From assembly GCA_029856105.1 (NCBI GenBank), contig JAHQWH010000107.1:1-33285 (forward strand): 33,285 bases of DNA. Direction: 5' to 3'. Numbering within the stretch: position 1 is the stretch's first letter; each line of letters begins with the position of its first letter. Of the stretch, positions 1-8,454 are shown one piece after another. The DNA is from Promethearchaeia archaeon. Its GTDB lineage: Archaea; Asgardarchaeota; Lokiarchaeia; Sigyniarchaeales; SOKP01. A model generated the notes under the pieces. The model was not told the origin of the DNA and ran no database searches. It saw only the letters and a list, made by a program, of their open reading frames with translations. A program made the position numbers and the translations under genes.

Positions 1-1
1 A

Positions 2-214
2 ATCTTTGTAAATTAAAGTCGCCCTGGTTAAAGAGTCGGTCTCGAAAAAATCTTGAGCTTGCCTCGCAACCCCGTAAAGAGCGGCGCCGATCGAGCTTAA
101 GTCCCAATAATTTAACTTACGGTCGAACCGGGAATCGATCGCTATTATCTTTGCGTCTTGGTCGATGGCAATTAGCCCGTAAATGTAGTTGGATATATAG
201 TTGGATATAACCAT
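2..214 (-). CDS. Roadblock/LC7 (LAMTOR/MglB-like) domain protein, partial (runs off the window edge; 5' end probably fused or truncated)
   Basis: Not in the ORF track because it has no stop in the window. Hand translation: MVISNYISNYIYGLIAIDQDAKIIAIDSRFDRKLNYWDLSSIGAALYGVARQAQDFFETDSLTRATLIYKD. This matches the roadblock pattern: beta-hairpin (YGLIAIDQDAKIIA), long amphipathic helix (LSSIGAALYGVARQAQDFF), then a beta strand (LTRATLIY). The in-frame ATG at 214 lies inside the neighbouring ORF. Confidence 0.7.
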   Translation of the reverse strand, partial: MVISNYISNYIYGLIAIDQDAKIIAIDSRFDRKLNYWDLSSIGAALYGVARQAQDFFETDSLTRATLIYKD

Positions 215-3200
215 CCAGTAATTACGAATTCGTCGTTAAAGTCGCCTAAAGCATCGTCTAACACGTCCCCGAATTGAACGTAATCAAAGTCCGAATAAAT
301 AGCAGCTCCTTGCTCGGGATCTGGCCTTTCGGATTCGAATTTAATTTTCATGTTATCTAAATCGGTTTGAGTCGCGGATAGACCCGTCCACGTGAAAGTG
401 TGCCAACCAGGACTAGTTCCCAAATCGAGCTGTTTTGCCCCAAGCCAACTTCCGCAATACAAATTAATTGTAGAATCAATAATAGTTTCATTGCCATACA
501 CTTTTACTTGAACCTGATTTACTGTTCCACTTTGCACGTCAAGATAACCCATGTTAAACTCGTCAGTAACATTTCCAGAACCAGTACTTACGGTATAAAT
601 AAAATCGCTCGAGGTACTAGGAGCGGTAGGCTCTTCGACTGCATCGTTTAATAGGTCCCAATGATTGCTTCCGCCAGATGTTTCCCATTCTGTAGTTACG
701 TCGCCATCAGGACGCACAACGCCACTATCTTGAACTTGGCTTCCACCCCCAACTGAGGGAAATTGCACGATCGATGCCGAGTAAAGTTTTTCCTGACCAT
801 TATCGCTTTCGGTAAAAGTTATCGTATCGACCGCGGTAAGTTGATACATTATGCTACCCCTAGGTAGTGCGGTTCCAGTCCCGTCCATCGATGCTTGAGC
901 ATATATGCTCGTTGTATCCATACTATCAACGCTTGTAATCGTTTCTGTCCACACGTTTTCTTCTGAGCCTCCAGAACCTTTGTAAAAGGAATAATGATCG
1001 ACTTTCATGACAGCCCCTGTGGATTGCGTGTTTTCAACTATCCAGCACACTTTATAGCGATTGCCAGAAGTTGCAGAATTTCTGATGCGGATTTGCGTAT
1101 TACTGATTATTTCAATGTTGTCCCCCGCATCATCGAGCCCCGTCGCGTCGTTGTCGGTTCGGTATTGCTGGTGCATAAAAGCTTTGGAATAGTTAAGCAA
1201 ATTAACTCCTCCCTCGCTGGTCAAAGAAACATCGCTATAAGCAGTATTATAATTCGAAGTAGTCCATGCCGTAGAGCATTCTGTAGATATATCTAACCGT
1301 TGAACGTCTCGCCAATTCGAGCCAGTAAACTCTACTACTGCGTAAGAGACGCCATCGGCACTATCTACGGATTTACCGCGAGTGAATCTCGGAGTGTAGG
1401 GTCCAGAACCCGTTAGCTCGGCGGAAAATAACGATTCCCACCAGTCGCCCCTTCCCGTATCAGCTGCTTTCTGACCAGTAATGAATACAACAACTCGATT
1501 AGGATTAGACACGGTTGATATCGAAGAACCGTCGCAAGTTGCGGTTGTCCCGCTACAAGTCGCAGTATCAACGCCTCTTACTATCAGTTCGTTGGCACCT
1601 CCGCTAGACCCTATATATTGAAGAATCTCCCAAGTAACTCTGCAATCGTTGGAAGTTCCAGTTCTTTCGAAAGTTATAGAAGTTCCAATATTGCTTGGGT
1701 TTTGTATTCTTACTCCAAAATCGTCCTGATTCTGGTTTCCTCCTGCACTAGTCCTACCCATTCCGGTTAATCTCGTGTTAGTAATGCGAATAAAACAAGT
1801 GGTTGAATCTTGACCGGATTCTAAGGCGTAATCGGTTCCTTCGGTAATAGTTACCGTACCAGAACTCGAACTAATGATGGTTGTCCCCCTAATAACTTTA
1901 AAATCTTGACCACCTCCTCCTCCTGTAGAATATTCGTAGGAAACATTAGCATAGGCGGCAAATACATTTGATCCGACAGTTTCTATTTCTTGATAATCAA
2001 TAATGCCAGTTCCGTCAAATTCAAGACCGTAATCGTTTTTTCCGTCCGTCCAAGTCGTATTACCTTCTAACGTGCCCTCGTAATTGTGATGAGTCGAATC
2101 GAAGGTGCTATATCCTAAGTTTTCGTCAAATTTTGCCCAGAAATCTAAAGAATCAGGAGGGGTGTAACTACTCTGGTGCGCTTTCAAAAGGTCGTATATG
2201 GTAAAAGGCCAGTCAGGATAGAGGTCTTCGTTATTATCGAGGAAATATCTCCCATTTTCTGCGTCAAACTCTAATCCGGCATACTCGACGTAGTTCATAT
2301 GGTTATAAAAACCGTCTTCTGCCCGAGATATCTTAACTAACATATTCTGCTCGATCGAGCCGTAAACTTTATGGGTGTAATAAAAGGTTCCGTCTTTTTT
2401 TGTAGTAACGGTTGCAATCTTTTCGTAACGATCGTTTTGTTCTAAGTATAAATCTAACTTTTCGACAGGTAAAGGTTCTTTAATGGTGTTCACTAGCTTT
2501 CCATCGAACACGACCGTCCACGAGCCGTCGTCGGGGTGCTCAAAAGTGTATACAGCGCCGTAATATTTCGAATCCAATACGTCTTCAAAAATATCGTTTG
2601 AGATTACCGTCAAGTCGTCTTTAGCGATATTTATTTCGTAAACTTTTGGAATAGAGGTTCTAAAGGAAAACCCAGTGAGAACGGTGTAAGTAATTTCTGC
2701 TTCGTAGGTTCCAGGCATAAGGTCAAGCTCGTTTAAGTTTACTTCGGTTATTAACTCGCGAGCTTCTAAAGGACCGTTTAAGTAAGGAGAAAGAACGCTG
2801 TAGGACCTCTTTGCGTAATATCCTTCTATAGGGAGCACTTCTTTTGGGATTAATTCCAGCCGAACCCGAGCAGATTGCCCAAGTAACGGCGATACGTCGC
2901 ATTTAATTACGAACTTACCGTTAATCGAAAGCTCTTCCAAGTCGTCTAAGCCGGGAAGGTAATTTAAGCTAGAAAAATCTATCGAGCTTGTAGATAACCT
3001 TTCTTCTGGAGATACGTATGCGAACTCGTACGCTGGGTTTTGAACCGAGAACATTGAATTAACTCCAAAAGTTATCGGAAATATTATGAGAAACACTAAA
3101 ATTAAAAGAGCTGCTCGCATGTTTTTGTCGTAAACGACCACTACGCTTTTCTTTGGGGTTCTAATTCCTCTGCTTTTTTGTTTTTGTCTTTTTAATTCTC

Positions 3201-4083
3201 TAACTATCTTACGAGTTATCGTTTTGCTCTTAAAAGTAAAGGCAAAAATTATTAAAGTTAACATTGCTGGAGCCACGACAGAAGAGTAAGGGTCGAAAAA
3301 ATAAGTCCAAATAAAAACTCCTCCTAAGATTAGCGATAAAACCGTCAATATTGGGAACTTAAACTTGTGATAAAAGATCGAAAGAGTTCCATACCTAAAA
3401 CTACCTTTCGAGTTTAGCGGAATTTTGTTTGTATTGATCCTAAGCCGTCTTTTTTTCATACGATGGGATTGAAACGCGGCTAAAGGAGTGCAAGTCGCTG
3501 CCACAACCATCCACTCTAAATTAACGAATAGAGCCACGATGGCAAACAGTAAAATGGGGGATATAAACAAGTAAAAGAGACTTTTAACTGAAAACACGTA
3601 ATTTTCGATAGAAAGGTAAAGATATACCAAATAAACGAATACTTGCAGGTAAAGAAATCCAGAAATAACTTCCAACGGAAAAGAAAACGTCTCGGGAGAA
3701 ATAAAAGTCATTAACGATAGAAAAGTTATCCCAAAAATCGCTAAAAATTTAGCCGTATTTGGCGCGATAGATTCTTTAAAAGTTTTTTTAACTCGTTTTT
3801 TTACAGACCTTGATTTTTTATTCGCTTGATATTTTTCGTAGGAACGACTAACCGACTTTCTTTTCCTTTTAACGCTTTTTAGAACAGACCTATGGTTTTT
3901 TAATTTTCTTAAACGCTTTCGAACCTTCTTTTTTAGAATTTTTGCCTCAACAACAACGCGTAAGACATCTGAACCTCCCGAATACCCTATACATTCTTGA
4001 ATAATATTGCGGATTAAAATCTTCTCGGTTGAAATAATATTTTCGTTAAAATAAGACTCAAAACTTACTGTTCGACGCAGAAC
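172..4083 (-). CDS. Fragment of a giant membrane-anchored surface protein (Lys/Arg-rich region, ~6 TM helices, beta-rich ectodomain, LamG-like jelly-roll with nested insertions); truncated at both ends
   Basis: Track ORF is 172..3711, but the frame stays open for 124 more codons to 4083 without an ATG (...ESYFNENIISTEKILIRNIIQECIGYSGGSDVLRVVVEAKILKKKVRKRLRK...TAKFLAIFGITFLSLMTF). The LamG start motif FWAKFDENLG...GTLEGNTTWTDGKNDYGLEFDG is present, and its continuation DYVQFG...FVITGWLYPT is cut off at the 12-bp repeat. Confidence 0.7.
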   Translation of the reverse strand, partial: VLRRTVSFESYFNENIISTEKILIRNIIQECIGYSGGSDVLRVVVEAKILKKKVRKRLRKLKNHRSVLKSVKRKRKSVSRSYEKYQANKKSRSVKKRVKKTFKESIAPNTAKFLAIFGITFLSLMTFISPETFSFPLEVISGFLYLQVFVYLVYLYLSIENYVFSVKSLFYLFISPILLFAIVALFVNLEWMVVAATCTPLAAFQSHRMKKRRLRINTNKIPLNSKGSFRYGTLSIFYHKFKFPILTVLSLILGGVFIWTYFFDPYSSVVAPAMLTLIIFAFTFKSKTITRKIVRELKRQKQKSRGIRTPKKSVVVVYDKNMRAALLILVFLIIFPITFGVNSMFSVQNPAYEFAYVSPEERLSTSSIDFSSLNYLPGLDDLEELSINGKFVIKCDVSPLLGQSARVRLELIPKEVLPIEGYYAKRSYSVLSPYLNGPLEARELITEVNLNELDLMPGTYEAEITYTVLTGFSFRTSIPKVYEINIAKDDLTVISNDIFEDVLDSKYYGAVYTFEHPDDGSWTVVFDGKLVNTIKEPLPVEKLDLYLEQNDRYEKIATVTTKKDGTFYYTHKVYGSIEQNMLVKISRAEDGFYNHMNYVEYAGLEFDAENGRYFLDNNEDLYPDWPFTIYDLLKAHQSSYTPPDSLDFWAKFDENLGYSTFDSTHHNYEGTLEGNTTWTDGKNDYGLEFDGTGIIDYQEIETVGSNVFAAYANVSYEYSTGGGGGQDFKVIRGTTIISSSSGTVTITEGTDYALESGQDSTTCFIRITNTRLTGMGRTSAGGNQNQDDFGVRIQNPSNIGTSITFERTGTSNDCRVTWEILQYIGSSGGANELIVRGVDTATCSGTTATCDGSSISTVSNPNRVVVFITGQKAADTGRGDWWESLFSAELTGSGPYTPRFTRGKSVDSADGVSYAVVEFTGSNWRDVQRLDISTECSTAWTTSNYNTAYSDVSLTSEGGVNLLNYSKAFMHQQYRTDNDATGLDDAGDNIEIISNTQIRIRNSATSGNRYKVCWIVENTQSTGAVMKVDHYSFYKGSGGSEENVWTETITSVDSMDTTSIYAQASMDGTGTALPRGSIMYQLTAVDTITFTESDNGQEKLYSASIVQFPSVGGGSQVQDSGVVRPDGDVTTEWETSGGSNHWDLLNDAVEEPTAPSTSSDFIYTVSTGSGNVTDEFNMGYLDVQSGTVNQVQVKVYGNETIIDSTINLYCGSWLGAKQLDLGTSPGWHTFTWTGLSATQTDLDNMKIKFESERPDPEQGAAIYSDFDYVQFGDVLDDALGDFNDEFVITGWLYPTIYPTTFTG
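186..209. repeat. Perfect 12-bp tandem direct repeat (TAGTTGGATATA x2) at a gene-fusion junction
   Basis: 186-197 and 198-209 are identical. The repeat sits exactly where the LamG-coding frame stops looking like LamG and the roadblock frame begins. Confidence 0.9.
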
Positions 4084-7000
4084 CTAATTACGAGCGATAC
4101 ACCCCCGTTTTTGGTCAAGAACCCATGCTCGAATACATTACTGGACCAGAATACGCGTTAGATCAAATCAAATTGCGAGATTCTTATTTGTTTAGGCAAA
4201 ACACTTTAGGCTATTTAACTAAGAAAGTCAGGCAAGCGTCGAACGGAAGTTTAACAACCATTAAAGCCACTTGCGTAGACGGACAGCCTCAATACGTTTT
4301 TACCACGGGAAACGACGTAGTTCCAAATTCAGCTTTGTTCCAACCTCTAATCGTTAGCCCTGAGAGGTACGAAGAATTGGAGAGTAGAAATTTAGTAGAC
4401 GGGTATATCGTAGTAGACGTGCAAGCTTCAAGCTCATCCAGCTCGCAAGGCATTGATTCCAACGAATTGACAACCGAAGAGAGGAGCTTATATTTCGGAA
4501 AGATACCCCTCGCAGACGTTTTTGGAGGGTTTGATTACCCGATTAAAAGCATCGAAATGTTTGGAATCAGCGACGACCAAGTTGTCGATTCTCGCTCGCT
4601 TACGACCTCAGAATACAACGTAAGCTTGGGCAACTTGTATTTTACCCGCGAGCTGAAAGAATTAATACCGTTTTTTGCCAACAAAATACCAATATATTCC
4701 CAAGAGTGTTATTATAAATTCGTAATAAAAGTGGCAAAAATAGTTCCCGACGACGGTTCCGAAAACGCCAATAGAAACGCCCTTAGCATAGCAACTACTT
4801 ACGCGGTAATGGATTATTTCGACCAGTACACCTACGCCCAGACTTCTGCTCAGATGATCGCAGAGGTGGGATATACGGAGATTATGACGATTACTTCGAC
4901 CGCGATCTCGGCTCCGTTCGTAGCTTTAGGGGCCTACGCTGCAAAAGTTTCGCAAGAAGCCTCGGCAACAGCCACCAAAATCGTGGTGAAAGCCACGTCA
5001 AAGACCACTCAACAAGCTACAATATTCGCTTTAGATACCCTAATTTTCGAGATAGTTAAGCGAGCGGTTATAGGCACGATTGCAGAAACCGTGGAAGAAA
5101 TCGTGGTTGACGGGTTCTTCGAGACCGCCATCCAGAGCGCAGTGCGAATGGCTGGGGGGTCCAGCGCCGCTGGGCACTGGGTTTCGACTCTGTTTACTTC
5201 TCTCAGAGAGACCGCAAACTTTGGCTACTTAACGGGTAGCACCGGAGTACAAGCGCAACAAGGGTTCGCTGGACAAGTTCAGAATCTTGAAACTTACGTT
5301 TCGAATGGGATGGCGTTAAAAGGCGAAACGTCTTTAGCGCGGTTCTCAACCGATTACGAACAATATATAACGGCAAAAATGGATGAGATAGGGAATATAG
5401 GAGAGACCTTGACGGAATCTAAAATCTCACTCGGACGAATACTTGCCACCGGAATCTTTACGGGGCTTTCTTTGTTAGCGCCTTCTCTCGCCGGGTTTAA
5501 CTTGTACGCCATCAGCAAACTCGTTGGGGGTATCGGCACCAGAATCGACGCGAAAACGCAGAACAAGTTCTTAGCCTCGAGAAACTCGATGATGCTATTA
5601 AAAGACGCTATAGAGATTGAGAAACAAGAGGTAGATCTGGGCAAGAAGCCTATAAATACGCAACCCGAAAATAATTTGCCAAAAAACATTCTTAGAGTTT
5701 CAAACTTGCAAGAAGGCCCATTAAATGTAGAAAACAATTTTTTTGGTGCTAAAGGTGCAATTTCTACAGGAATTGTTGCGCTTGATCCTACAGATAAGTA
5801 CGCCGCAATGGATAAAGAGCAAGAAATTGCCGAATCGCAAAGAATTAAAGCACATTTAGCAAAAGTTGCTGAGATTGATAAAGGGTACAACGCAGAAGGA
5901 GAATTTGCAGGAATAATCTCTAAATTAGAAGAAAGTGGAAAGTTCAAGAAAAGTCAATTGACCAGAATTCAAAAGGCTTTAGAAAAGTTAAAAGGAAAAT
6001 ATTACGACGAAAAAACTATTCTCGATTCCTCTACAGAAGGTCTCTATGGGGCTATTAACCTACACGTTATGAAAGCCGTTGAAGAAAAAATTATTAATCA
6101 AGAACTACTTTCTCCAGTAGAGCGCGATATTTTTAATGCGAAAATCTTGTTATTAAATATAAAGACAATGTCCTCCGGAAGATATCCCGCCCAGTATCTT
6201 AGAAGAGAATGGGATGGTTTAAGTCCAAGTCCTTACTATCCCGCACTTAAAGGCTTTGCTGATAACTTGGCTGATATTTTGAGTTACTATAAAGTCGCAA
6301 AGACGGATTCGGAGATTGATTCAATCCTCGGTTTTGATCCTAAACACTCGTTAAATGAGATGGTTTCAGTTTTGAGTGGGTATACTTTGAAAGGAACAAA
6401 ATTGAAATCCTTCAGCTTTCAGATTGATGAAAAAACATTAGATCGTTGGTTTGTGCGTTTAGAAGAAGAAATTAGTCTTGATTCTAAGTTTAAGTTAAGG
6501 GACAAGAGATTAATAATGAGAGATCTAAAAGATTTGTTTGACGCGACTTATAAGAAGTTTGGTTACGAAGCTTATCATCCTTTGTATAGATCTGTTCGAT
6601 TGATGCTTGCAAGGGTTGGGGAAGTCTTAGTAGACGCTGGAGCAATTGAAAAAAATACTTTCAGTAATTTAGAGGAGTTAACTGGTTTGAATTTAATAAA
6701 TTTATATAATTATCTACTGACAAATCCTAGATGCAATCCTGATATTGATCCTACTCTAGCTCTAAAAGGTAAAGCAATAGAAAAAGCAATTGAGAAAACT
6801 AAAAAAGGGAACGCTGAATTTACATCTGAGCACGAGAAACAAATAGAGGAAATTATAGGTAATCATATAGTTCAACTGCTAGACTTTAGAAAAGGTAGAA
6901 AACTTTTAGAGAGTTATCGGCCCTCCTATCGTTTAGATTTGCTTAGGAATATTGTTGATAGATGCAGTATATTGCAAAAGGTTCGGTATAAATATGAATT

Positions 7001-8375
7001 GGCAAATCTCTTATTAGGCGATTTTGATTTTAGCACTAATTTTCTTAAGCCGCATAAGGACATGGATCAGAGTAAACCTCATTTAGAAGAAGTTTTCCAG
7101 ATTATAATTAACTCGTTCAGGTGGAGCAAAAAAACATTCTCAGACCTAGGAATATCTGTTACTGACTCTGAACTGAGAATTTTTAAATTTATTATAAACA
7201 AGGAAGTAAAAAAATGGGTTTTTAACGTTGAGAATCTTGAGACAAGTTGGGTTCGATATATCTCCAAGTTAAAACCCGAAAGAGTTATAGGAGCCCCAAC
7301 ATCAATGAAGATGGACTATGATCTCGTTTTTGCCCTTTTCCAAGCATCCTTAATTCACGAAGATAATCCAAAATTAACTTTTAGTGATATGGCAGCTAAC
7401 AAATTTTTTGATCGTTCCAAAAATCTTATAGCAAATCTAAGGCGGGGGATAGGATTCAGTCCCGAAGCGGTTAGGAAAATGTTAATTACCACCATTGCTT
7501 GGATCAAAACGGAAGCTGCGAAAGACCCGAATAGCTATAAATTGAAATATTATTTTAGTCTTCAAGCTCACATCCAATTTTACGCTATGAAGCATCATAT
7601 GAGTCTCATGAAGCCCAAAGGCGGTGGAAGCACAAGATTCTTCAATGGAAGAAGATTTGGATACGATTATATCGTAGCTTATCACGTTGTTGAGGGGATT
7701 GGAAAACATTTAGGAATTGATCCGTTATTTTTCTCCGCAATAAAAGACGAATCGTTTCATATGACTAAAACACTTCGTAACAAGCTTAAGGATTTAGGAG
7801 AAAAAGTTCTAGTATTCATCAGACACCATTTTCGGGACGACCCAGTGGGTAGGGATTCGTTCTTGGCTAAAGATAACTTGATTACTGACGCTTCAAAACA
7901 CGTTTCATGGGAATCTCTTGACGAGAGAGATTCTTTAATCGTTCTCGAAGGATACGAAAAATTGATCCGTATGAAAGGCACAGGTCAGAGAATGCCTGGA
8001 ACTTCGGGAATCAACGAGATTACGAGAAAAGACATCGAGCAAGTCTTCCGCGGAGAAGAGTGGGTATACGCTCGGTGGTATTCGGACAGAGATTTTACTT
8101 CCAATCTTAAAGAATTTAACAACAAGAGACGAGATATTCGATCAATGACGCTTGATAAATTTATCAAAACATATAATCCCATTGCTTACGCTAGGTTTTA
8201 CGAAAACATCCTTAAAGATAAACGACCTCAACTTCAATTATTTCTGTCCGAACTTCACCCCACCCTCGATATATCAAGCGTAATTGCCGCTGGAACGGAC
8301 AGCATCTATCTTAAGGAAATAACGAGAGCTTTCAGCTGGCTTCTGCGACAAGATAATTACCCGATTAAGATCTAA
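4050..8375 (+). CDS. C-terminal fragment of a giant protein; candidate polymorphic toxin with Ala/Gly-rich hydrophobic helices and a C-terminal HNH-like motif
   Basis: Track ORF is 4125..8375 (1416 aa); the frame is open back to 4050 (NKTQNLLFDAEPNYERYTPVFGQEPM) and no SD or promoter is evident. Hydrophobic segments include TAISAPFVALGAYAA and ILATGIFTGLSLLAPSLAGFNLYAI. RHHFRDDPVGRDSFLAKDNLITDASKH lies at 7821-7901. The CDS is well supported; the toxin call is inference. Confidence 0.6.
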   Translation, partial: NKTQNLLFDAEPNYERYTPVFGQEPMLEYITGPEYALDQIKLRDSYLFRQNTLGYLTKKVRQASNGSLTTIKATCVDGQPQYVFTTGNDVVPNSALFQPLIVSPERYEELESRNLVDGYIVVDVQASSSSSSQGIDSNELTTEERSLYFGKIPLADVFGGFDYPIKSIEMFGISDDQVVDSRSLTTSEYNVSLGNLYFTRELKELIPFFANKIPIYSQECYYKFVIKVAKIVPDDGSENANRNALSIATTYAVMDYFDQYTYAQTSAQMIAEVGYTEIMTITSTAISAPFVALGAYAAKVSQEASATATKIVVKATSKTTQQATIFALDTLIFEIVKRAVIGTIAETVEEIVVDGFFETAIQSAVRMAGGSSAAGHWVSTLFTSLRETANFGYLTGSTGVQAQQGFAGQVQNLETYVSNGMALKGETSLARFSTDYEQYITAKMDEIGNIGETLTESKISLGRILATGIFTGLSLLAPSLAGFNLYAISKLVGGIGTRIDAKTQNKFLASRNSMMLLKDAIEIEKQEVDLGKKPINTQPENNLPKNILRVSNLQEGPLNVENNFFGAKGAISTGIVALDPTDKYAAMDKEQEIAESQRIKAHLAKVAEIDKGYNAEGEFAGIISKLEESGKFKKSQLTRIQKALEKLKGKYYDEKTILDSSTEGLYGAINLHVMKAVEEKIINQELLSPVERDIFNAKILLLNIKTMSSGRYPAQYLRREWDGLSPSPYYPALKGFADNLADILSYYKVAKTDSEIDSILGFDPKHSLNEMVSVLSGYTLKGTKLKSFSFQIDEKTLDRWFVRLEEEISLDSKFKLRDKRLIMRDLKDLFDATYKKFGYEAYHPLYRSVRLMLARVGEVLVDAGAIEKNTFSNLEELTGLNLINLYNYLLTNPRCNPDIDPTLALKGKAIEKAIEKTKKGNAEFTSEHEKQIEEIIGNHIVQLLDFRKGRKLLESYRPSYRLDLLRNIVDRCSILQKVRYKYELANLLLGDFDFSTNFLKPHKDMDQSKPHLEEVFQIIINSFRWSKKTFSDLGISVTDSELRIFKFIINKEVKKWVFNVENLETSWVRYISKLKPERVIGAPTSMKMDYDLVFALFQASLIHEDNPKLTFSDMAANKFFDRSKNLIANLRRGIGFSPEAVRKMLITTIAWIKTEAAKDPNSYKLKYYFSLQAHIQFYAMKHHMSLMKPKGGGSTRFFNGRRFGYDYIVAYHVVEGIGKHLGIDPLFFSAIKDESFHMTKTLRNKLKDLGEKVLVFIRHHFRDDPVGRDSFLAKDNLITDASKHVSWESLDERDSLIVLEGYEKLIRMKGTGQRMPGTSGINEITRKDIEQVFRGEEWVYARWYSDRDFTSNLKEFNNKRRDIRSMTLDKFIKTYNPIAYARFYENILKDKRPQLQLFLSELHPTLDISSVIAAGTDSIYLKEITRAFSWLLRQDNYPIKI

Positions 8376-8376
8376 A

Positions 8377-8409
8377 TTTTTGTTTTATTTTTTTGTTTTA
8401 CGGTTTTTT
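8377..8409 (+). terminator. Oligo-T tract, possible archaeal terminator
   Basis: TTTTTGTTTTATTTTTTTGTTTTACGGTTTTTT immediately follows the stop at 8375. Confidence 0.35.
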
Positions 8410-8454
8410 AAAAGACTATCTACATTTAAATAAGAACAATGCGGTGTTATTATT

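Noticed and set aside
400-1296. Plus-strand ORFs 400..651 and 994..1296
   Set aside because: Antisense shadows of the large minus-strand ORF, with no recognisable motifs.
186-4083. Site-specific invertible segment (shufflon-like) bounded by the two junctions
   Set aside because: No matching inverted repeat at 4050-4083, no recombinase in view, and simple re-inversion would not restore the truncated LamG domain.
5354-8182. Minus-strand ORFs 5354..5947, 7079..7267, 7482..7709, 7757..7981, 7985..8182
   Set aside because: Antisense shadows of the 1416-aa ORF; Ser/Ile/Phe-rich as expected from reverse-complement codons.
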